Below are positions 16,282 to 22,209 of a DNA stretch of 22,209 nucleotides, in pieces. The stretch covers positions 1 to 22,209 of the forward strand of contig CAWABA010000008.1 in the NCBI GenBank assembly GCA_963780185.1, read 5' to 3'. The position numbers and the translations under genes are program-made. The stretch is from Candidatus Bathyarchaeota archaeon. GTDB taxonomy: Archaea > Thermoproteota > Bathyarchaeia > Bathyarchaeales > Bathycorpusculaceae. The notes under the pieces were generated by a model that saw only the letters and a list, made by a program, of their open reading frames with translations, had not been told where the DNA came from and ran no database searches. Positions within the stretch are counted from its first letter, which is position 1, and each line of letters opens with the position of its first letter.

Positions 16282-16965
16282 ATGGATAACCCGATTGAAC
16301 AAATTGGAAAAACTAAAGAATCAGACACGGAATTAGCCGAATTGGTGGACGGCAAAAGAGACCATACAAGCCTTAATTTGAAAAGAGAGCACACCGACGC
16401 CTTGTCAGAAGCCGCTAAAGACTTGAACCTAAGCAAAACCGCCGTGATGGACAACGCCCTTGACATTGCAATCCGCGAACTTAACAAGACGACAGCTATA
16501 GACCAAATGCTCTCACGAACAAACGGCTACTGGTTCGAGAGGGATTTAGCGCTCATTAAAGAAATCCTACCCCCCGAGGTATGCAAAAAATTGACTGCTC
16601 ATCAGGTAGCCTACCTGTACACAAAGCTAAACGACCCCCAAGACAGGCAACGAGTCTTTGAAGTGTTGGAATTAAGCTCAGAGCTTGACGAAATAGACCT
16701 CATAAATAAGCTTCTTGAAACCGCACGCAAACTAAAAGACGGACAAGTAACAGGCTTCCGACTCCCACAAATAGCCAACGAACTAAGAACCACTCTTACA
16801 AACATGCAAGTCAAATTTTTGCAGTTAACCATAGGCATCGAAGCCACTGAAAAACTCAAAAAACTGGCACCTGACAAATTCCCAAAAAACGACCTTTTCA
16901 AAGAAAAACAGACAACACAAGAACCCGTAGACCTCTTTCCCAAAGACGACCAAGAAAACAGTTGA
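16282..16965 (+). CDS. Protein with N-terminal RHH (CopG-like) domain and helical C-terminal region
   Basis: HTSLNLKREHTDALSEAAKDLNLSKTAVMDNALD fits RHH. ATG 16282 is preferred over TTG 16198, which lies inside the operator. Confidence 0.68.
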   Translation: MDNPIEQIGKTKESDTELAELVDGKRDHTSLNLKREHTDALSEAAKDLNLSKTAVMDNALDIAIRELNKTTAIDQMLSRTNGYWFERDLALIKEILPPEVCKKLTAHQVAYLYTKLNDPQDRQRVFEVLELSSELDEIDLINKLLETARKLKDGQVTGFRLPQIANELRTTLTNMQVKFLQLTIGIEATEKLKKLAPDKFPKNDLFKEKQTTQEPVDLFPKDDQENS

Positions 16966-16971
16966 GCACCC

Positions 16972-18534
16972 ATGAGTAACCGTGTTTTAGCTTCACCAAA
17001 ACAGCGACGAGGCGAAATAACAACCGATGAAGAGGTAAGCAACCTTTTCAGCCGCTTAAAAAAAGACAAACCAACACCAGCCGACCCCGTAACCAACCCG
17101 TGGAAGCTAAAACCGTTCAAAGGCATAATTCACGGCGACAAACACCAAAGCAGCTTACCCCATGACATAGAAGTGGAAATCAAAAACGGGATGCAATACG
17201 CTGATTACCTCGGCGTCGCAAAAAACACCTTCCTAACCCTAATCTACAGAGACTTTCCCAATGGCTCACCATCAAGCGCTAAAACCCTTGCAGACGCAAC
17301 AGTAGCCGAATACCAAAAAACCGATTGCCATAAAAAACTTGAAAAACGCTACAAAAACCCCGTAACAGGTGATTGGGGCAAACAAGGCAAAAATATTGAT
17401 GCGTTGGGGCAGTATTTGTACATGAAATATGGAAGGCGAGACCCCGCATATTTCAGTTTAGAGGACTTTCAACAAGCAAAAACTGACCCGAGATTCTTTG
17501 ATGAACAGGGAGACCCAAAGTTTTCGCCACTTTCACAGCTAAGGTGCATCATGCAATACACTGCGCTCCAAATAGCCGATTCACCGCTGAGCCAAAAGCA
17601 CTTTCAATTTACCGATGGTGACGAATGGACTACAACGGGATTGAAAAACATAGGCAGCAAAAAAGAAGATTACCTACAGGAAAAAGAGTTAGAAGCATAC
17701 GTTAACAACATCAACGAAATAGACACATTGGTACTCCATCGGCTAAGTTTTGAGGGCGGCGGCAGAATAAGTAGTCAACTACTCATGGGCACGACTATGC
17801 CGAACGGTTATCGCTGTCAAGCAGTGTGGGAATCAAACAAAATCTTAATGTTTGAACCTAAAGTCGAGGGTTCCAAGTCAGGGGGCAAAGTCACTCGGTA
17901 CTTTACACCTGAAACAATGGCATTTTTCAAACGATACGTTGATGAGCGACCCAACAAAGACGGAACCCACGGGATAATAGGCGCATGGTTTAAACGCTAT
18001 GACTCAGAAGACCGCAATTATCTAAGTTACAGTAGCAGCCTAAAATTCGCTGGCTTACGTGCTGGACTCTGGCAGTACAAAACAGCCAAAAAAGGGCAAA
18101 CACTTGGCGAAGGCGAAAAATTAGCCTCAGATGGTAGAGTGTACCGACTCAAAGCAATCAGCAACAACCAAAAAGGCACGGTTGACTATCGCAAACAATG
18201 GATAACCGAAGGCAAACTAACAACATCACACACCATAGGCAAACACACCTTTGTTAGCCTTGCTGGGCTTCATGGCTTAAGCTTAGATGATTGCGCCGAG
18301 CAATGCGGAACCGACCCAACAACCATACGAGACTTCTATCATGGCACTTTAGGCGACAAACTACGCGCGGCAATCTTGGGCGAAAAAACCTTTGAACCGT
18401 GGAAAGATTGGATACACCGCTTTATCGAACCGCTATACACCAACCGATATAATGAATTAATCGGCAAGGGAAAAGCAACCGTTGACATGAAGGCAGTCGC
18501 ACAGGAAGAGGTAGCAATGGCAGAGGTTGACTAA
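16972..18534 (+). CDS. Divergent tyrosine recombinase/integrase-family protein (520 aa)
   Basis: YLQEKELEAY...LSFEGGGRISS (box I, R265); KSGGKVTRYF...FFKRY; TSHTIGKHTFVSLAGLHGLSLDDCAEQCGTDPTTIRDFY (box II: H420, K424, Y456). Confidence 0.72.
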   Translation: MSNRVLASPKQRRGEITTDEEVSNLFSRLKKDKPTPADPVTNPWKLKPFKGIIHGDKHQSSLPHDIEVEIKNGMQYADYLGVAKNTFLTLIYRDFPNGSPSSAKTLADATVAEYQKTDCHKKLEKRYKNPVTGDWGKQGKNIDALGQYLYMKYGRRDPAYFSLEDFQQAKTDPRFFDEQGDPKFSPLSQLRCIMQYTALQIADSPLSQKHFQFTDGDEWTTTGLKNIGSKKEDYLQEKELEAYVNNINEIDTLVLHRLSFEGGGRISSQLLMGTTMPNGYRCQAVWESNKILMFEPKVEGSKSGGKVTRYFTPETMAFFKRYVDERPNKDGTHGIIGAWFKRYDSEDRNYLSYSSSLKFAGLRAGLWQYKTAKKGQTLGEGEKLASDGRVYRLKAISNNQKGTVDYRKQWITEGKLTTSHTIGKHTFVSLAGLHGLSLDDCAEQCGTDPTTIRDFYHGTLGDKLRAAILGEKTFEPWKDWIHRFIEPLYTNRYNELIGKGKATVDMKAVAQEEVAMAEVD

Positions 18535-18579
18535 ACAACCCAAAAACCCCTCCATTTTTAAAAGCTTGAAGGTGCTAAA

Positions 18580-19371
18580 ATGGCTGAAGAAGAACCAATT
18601 AAAAGCTGTAAAAAAGCAGAGAAGCTTAACTCTGACGTTTACAGCGAAGATTTAGACCTTCTCAATCAAACCATTACCGAAAAGTCACTCAGCAGCCGAA
18701 AAGAAGGTTTACACGCTTGGGCTAATATCGTTAGAGGTTCCAACATAGAAAAAGAGCAAGAATGCCAATACCATTTTGGTAACTTTTGCACTAACGAACC
18801 GCAACCACAGAAAAAGCTCAGAAAAACCACCTCTGAGTACTGCCAAGCTTGTCTTCAAGCCCAAAAAAATAAAGCACTTCAAGACGCAGGGGCAAAAGTA
18901 CAACAGGAACTTTTTGATTTATGTCATGTTTCCGAAAAAGACCGTGTTGACCCCTTCTATAAGTGGGCTATTATCGCGGATTTAATCGACAGCCTCAATT
19001 TTGAAATCGAAGAACTCAAAAAACCCGCAGAAAAATACTTGGAAGAAATTACCTATTTGAAAACCGAACTGGACAATCTTAAAGCGGTCAAAAGTCAAAT
19101 AGAGAGCCAAAATGCCATCCTGAAGCAACAGTTAGAACAGTCAAAAGAGGACATTCTTGCAAAAGAACTCCAAAAGCGTGCAAACCTTGAAAATGACAAC
19201 GCTTTCCTGAAACAGAAACTTGAAAAAATGAAGCATGAACCAGTGTTTGAAAAGAACGCATGGTTAACAGTAGAACTACAGAAAGCAAACCAAGAAATAG
19301 AAAAATTGAAAGCCAAAAACGAGCAACAAACAGCTTTAATAAATAATTTTACGGCTCAAAGGGGTTCCTAA
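18580..19371 (+). CDS. Coiled-coil protein with a Cys-containing N-terminal half
   Basis: CQYHFGNFC...CQAC cluster; heptad-rich E/K/Q/L C-terminal ~125 aa; GGTG RBS. Confidence 0.75.
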   Translation: MAEEEPIKSCKKAEKLNSDVYSEDLDLLNQTITEKSLSSRKEGLHAWANIVRGSNIEKEQECQYHFGNFCTNEPQPQKKLRKTTSEYCQACLQAQKNKALQDAGAKVQQELFDLCHVSEKDRVDPFYKWAIIADLIDSLNFEIEELKKPAEKYLEEITYLKTELDNLKAVKSQIESQNAILKQQLEQSKEDILAKELQKRANLENDNAFLKQKLEKMKHEPVFEKNAWLTVELQKANQEIEKLKAKNEQQTALINNFTAQRGS

Positions 19372-19536
19372 ATGAGCCAGCAACGACTTGAAAAACCGCT
19401 ATGGGAAGCCTTCCGAGGAAGATTTGGCGAGGAATATATCTGCTTGGAATGCCATAAAATTGTAAGTGAAGAAACCGAGAACTGCCCTGATTGCGGCGGC
19501 GTGATGTGTGTAAGGATAACTTCAAAAGTCTTTTAA
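19372..19536 (+). CDS. Small Zn-ribbon protein (54 aa; absent from the ORF track)
   Basis: MSQQRLEKPLWEAFRGRFGEEYICLECHKIVSEETENCPDCGGVMCVRITSKVF*; ATG directly follows the upstream stop. Confidence 0.7.
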   Translation: MSQQRLEKPLWEAFRGRFGEEYICLECHKIVSEETENCPDCGGVMCVRITSKVF

Positions 19537-19560
19537 GCAAATTCAACGCATCTTTCTTTT

Positions 19561-19737
19561 ATGAGCGGCAAACAAGCGGACAAGCCAACTTACACCGAAA
19601 GGGAGGGAACGGTTAAATGCCCTTCATGCGGCTCTACTTTCGAAATAGTCGCTACTTCAAAGGATGGAAAACAAACAATAATTTGCTCAAATTGCGATGT
19701 CGATAAGACCCCTGATTATTCAAGTAAGCGGGTTTAG
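19561..19737 (+). CDS. Small Zn-ribbon protein (58 aa; absent from the ORF track)
   Basis: MSGKQADKPTYTEREGTVKCPSCGSTFEIVATSKDGKQTIICSNCDVDKTPDYSSKRV*; two CxxC pairs. Confidence 0.68.
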   Translation: MSGKQADKPTYTEREGTVKCPSCGSTFEIVATSKDGKQTIICSNCDVDKTPDYSSKRV

Positions 19738-19739
19738 GA

Positions 19740-20168
19740 ATGTCAAGCCTTGAATTTTGGTCTTTAGTAGTTACCGCCATTGGCGTGGTTGTGGCTGCTA
19801 TTGGGTTAATACCTCAATTCAAGCATGTTAGGCACAGAAAAAAGGAAATTTCAGATAGCTCAGTTGACTTTAGTCTTTTGCGATTTAAAGAGCCTACCGA
19901 TAAACCCGTTGAGTCAATTTGGAGCATCAGAGTTTTACATCCAAACAAACCAATCGAGAAATGTTCCGTTTCCTATGACGGCTCTAAATTACCATGGTGG
20001 GACAAGTTAACAGACCCAGATTACGAGAAATTTATCGATAGAATGGGGGGTGGGAATGTACGAATACCTAAAGAACTTAAAAACGAAAAGGCGATGGTTA
20101 TCGTTAAAGACGGAAACAAAATAATTCGTCAAAAACGCTTTGATAAGCTACCGATTGTGAATCCCTGA
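19740..20168 (+). CDS. Hypothetical protein with an N-terminal transmembrane anchor
   Basis: FWSLVVTAIGVVVAAIGLI followed by a basic patch and a soluble beta-rich domain. Confidence 0.7.
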   Translation: MSSLEFWSLVVTAIGVVVAAIGLIPQFKHVRHRKKEISDSSVDFSLLRFKEPTDKPVESIWSIRVLHPNKPIEKCSVSYDGSKLPWWDKLTDPDYEKFIDRMGGGNVRIPKELKNEKAMVIVKDGNKIIRQKRFDKLPIVNP

Positions 20169-20362
20169 ACCTACTTTTAGATGAGTGTTTCCAAAACCAA
20201 CATAAAACCCCTGTTCCCATTGAAAGAATGCTAAGAAATTTAATGCCGTCTGAGCGGACAAATATTCCAAAGAGAAAGAAAACCTCTGACTGCGCAGTTC
20301 AGCTTATTCAACAGCTTAAGAGCCTAAATAAAGCGGTTCGGAGTTGCTTCCTAAAAAACAGG

Positions 20363-20500
20363 GATACCCTTTAACGCGCTCCGCGCTTCAATAAAAAAGC
20401 CAGAATATGACCCACTACTTTTTAAAAACAGTCTTTTTGAGAACGGCGCAAGTCGAAATTAGAATTATTGGAACTAACAGAACTATGCAATAAGGTATTT
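20363..20500 (+). repeat. ~140-bp non-coding direct repeat, copy 1
   Basis: GATACCCTTTAA...GCCAGAATATGACCCACTACTTTTTAAAA...GTCTTTTTGAGAA...AGAATTATTGGAA...TGCAATAAGGTA; aligns with 22066-22209. Confidence 0.9.
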
Positions 20501-20685
20501 GTGGAAAGGCTAACCCAACTTTTCAGTAGTAAAAAAGCCTAATTTTTATACTATCGGGTTTTGTTCCGATTTATTCTCTGACATTTTAGGCTAAGTAACC
20601 CTAATTACATAAAGCATTATTGCGAAATCTTATATTTGTAAACAACAAAAGAAGGAAGAGATTGGAATTCAGGAGAAAATAATTC

Positions 20686-20901
20686 ATGGCGAGAAGTGAC
20701 TACGAAATAAAGAAAATCTTAGAGCAAGGAACAAACATTGCAGTATCAGCCCAAGATTTCGACGGATTCACTTTGAAGAAATTCGCTGAAAAGGCTTACG
20801 AAAGTGGTGCCATACTTACTATCAACGATAGTGACGAAATAGATGGCTATTACATAAGAAAGATTGCAGAAGAAGGAAAAGGCAATGTCGTTTTAAGATA
20901 G
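20686..20901 (+). CDS. Small hypothetical protein (71 aa) with an internal duplication
   Basis: GGAG RBS; TATA-like CTTATAT near 20629; DFDGFTLKKFAE resembles EIDGYYIRKIAE. Confidence 0.7.
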   Translation: MARSDYEIKKILEQGTNIAVSAQDFDGFTLKKFAEKAYESGAILTINDSDEIDGYYIRKIAEEGKGNVVLR

Positions 20902-21084
20902 AATTATTTTCTTTGTTGAGGTCACATTAAATTTATATTCAGAACACCCATACAGGTATGAGGAATAAAATGCCAAAAAAAGGAACACACAAAGTTACGT
21001 TTTACGCTGAGGATGAGAAAAAGAAGAAAAAATGTAGCTGTAAATAACCTTCACTTTTTCAGCTTTTTCTTACATTGTACAGTT

Positions 21085-21894
21085 TTAAGACTTGCCACCG
21101 TTTAGTTTTTCCACGTAAAAGCAAAGGGTGTCAACTTGCCTAACAATAGACTCAATCTTGCGAGATTCATTTTTCCCAATATGTAGCCATTTGGGTCTAA
21201 CTAATTGAACTTCATAGTTTTCTGAGAGATACCCGAATACTCTTACCCATTCATTTGCAGTAAAGTGTCCACCTTGTCCTCTTTCTTTATCGTCATCTGG
21301 TTCAGATGCATTAAAATATTCGTAAACAACAACTCTTTTTCCCAATTCAAGCAGTCTCTTGAATAATGCTTGTTCATCAAACCCATATATGCAACAGTTT
21401 TCGTCTTCAGTGCATTCATGCTTAGGGTTTCGTGTCTTTGCGGTACATTCTTTTTCCCTGAGATGGTGCAAAGTCTTACTGATTAAGATGAAATCGAATT
21501 TATCAACTATGCTTTCTTGCTCACAGATTCTTTTTAGTGTTTCTTCATTGAAAAAGTTGCAGTCGTAAAATCCAATTTTGGTTTTTGTAAAGAGTTTGGA
21601 TTGGGCTTCAATCTCCGAAGCTTCCGAGAGAACGCCATTATTTATTCCAACTATTTTGTTTGGTGAAAACTTAAGAGCTATATAAAGCGGTTTGACTGCA
21701 TCCGTTCCAATATCCAAAACTGTCTTTCCACGCAAATCGGGTTCTTCATTTTCATTAGTTTTGAATGCGTCTTTAATTTCCGATAATTCTTTTAAAGCAA
21801 GTGTCCAATCAGGAAAAATGTTTTCGCTTTCTTCTTCACAATTCAATAACCGTTCGGTTAGTCTTTTATTTAGACCATCTTTATCATCGCACAT
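21085..21894 (-). CDS. Class I SAM-dependent methyltransferase-fold protein
   Basis: Motif I LRGKTVLDIGTD; FDFILISKTLHHL; Cys/His-containing insert; GGT RBS-like sequence upstream. Confidence 0.75.
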   Translation of the reverse strand: MCDDKDGLNKRLTERLLNCEEESENIFPDWTLALKELSEIKDAFKTNENEEPDLRGKTVLDIGTDAVKPLYIALKFSPNKIVGINNGVLSEASEIEAQSKLFTKTKIGFYDCNFFNEETLKRICEQESIVDKFDFILISKTLHHLREKECTAKTRNPKHECTEDENCCIYGFDEQALFKRLLELGKRVVVYEYFNASEPDDDKERGQGGHFTANEWVRVFGYLSENYEVQLVRPKWLHIGKNESRKIESIVRQVDTLCFYVEKLNGGKS

Positions 21895-22065
21895 GAAACA
21901 ACCTTCGCACTAAACGCATTAACCTGAATTGTTTTAAGAGTTTTTGGGTTTTCCAGTTTAAGCCATTATTTGGGGTTAAACGATGCATCCTCTTATAGTG
22001 TGGATGGATGCCAAAGCGCCAAAAGCAAGAATGCCTTTAGAGAATGGTGCATTGAAAAACAAGAA

Positions 22066-22209
22066 GATACCCTTTAAGCGCCTTCGGCGCGGGCTTCTGT
22101 AAAAGTGCCAAAATATGACCCACCTACTTTTTAAAAGCGGTCTTTTTGAGAAGGGCACAAGTCGATATAAGAATTATTGGAAATAATAGAACTGTGCAAT
22201 AAGGTACTT
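22066..22209 (+). repeat. ~140-bp non-coding direct repeat, copy 2 (runs to the window end)
   Basis: By hand count, the last ~103 nt align to copy 1 with about 11 mismatches and 1 gap; the 5' GATACCCTTTAA and a GC hairpin are also shared. Confidence 0.9.

Larger units (their letters stand above)
14400..22209. mobile_element. Putative integrated plasmid/provirus-like element; left end approximate, right end probably outside the window
   Basis: Visible shift to AT-richer sequence; tyrosine recombinase; three RHH proteins and a wHTH regulator; small Zn-ribbon ORFs; iteron-like repeats. No att site or tRNA identified. Confidence 0.62.

Noticed and set aside
20970-21047. Tiny ORF MPKKGTHKVTFYAEDEKKKKKCSCK with a GAGG RBS
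   Set aside because: Only 25 aa and low complexity; it could be real or a remnant, but cannot be supported.
21085-21894. DNA methyltransferase or restriction-modification defence gene
   Set aside because: No DPPY/NPPY or PCQ catalytic motif and no nuclease partner; it looks like a small-molecule class I methyltransferase fold.
21976-22158. Minus-strand 60-aa ORF
   Set aside because: Overlaps the non-coding direct repeat and shows no recognisable motif.
20363-22209. Classical integron attC sites
   Set aside because: No RYYYAAC/GTTRRRY termini or long imperfect palindrome, and the recombinase does not show canonical IntI motifs.

Overview
Archaeal DNA in three blocks; gene style suggests a Bathyarchaeia/TACK-like host, which is inference only. 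(1) 84-9029 is a membrane-remodelling locus that the ORF track fragments because of many 1-nt indels in the first ~5.8 kb. Joining frames by hand gives a MIT-AAA+ Vps4, two ESCRT-III proteins (one Vps2/24/46-like, one Vps20/32/60-like with an ELPEVP MIM2 motif), both ESCRT-II types (Vps25-like and Vps22/36 EAP30-like) and an SPFH/Band-7 protein. Next to them lie a winged-helix + Ig-repeat + Ser/Thr kinase, a Zn-ribbon-FHA protein and a four-repeat membrane protein with a PCI-like winged-helix tail. No ubiquitin, E1/E2/E3 or ESCRT-I gene is visible in the window, so this may be a phosphorylation-gated, eukaryote-like ESCRT system. (2) 9054-14361 holds three tandem paralogous beta-helix surface proteins, a small hypothetical and an arrestin/SpoOM-like Zn-ribbon protein. 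(3) ~14400 to the end is an AT-richer putative integrated element: an iteron-like repeat cluster, RHH and wHTH regulators with a twin-operator divergent switch, a divergent tyrosine recombinase, coiled-coil and Zn-ribbon genes, and a methyltransferase-containing segment bracketed by ~140-bp direct repeats.
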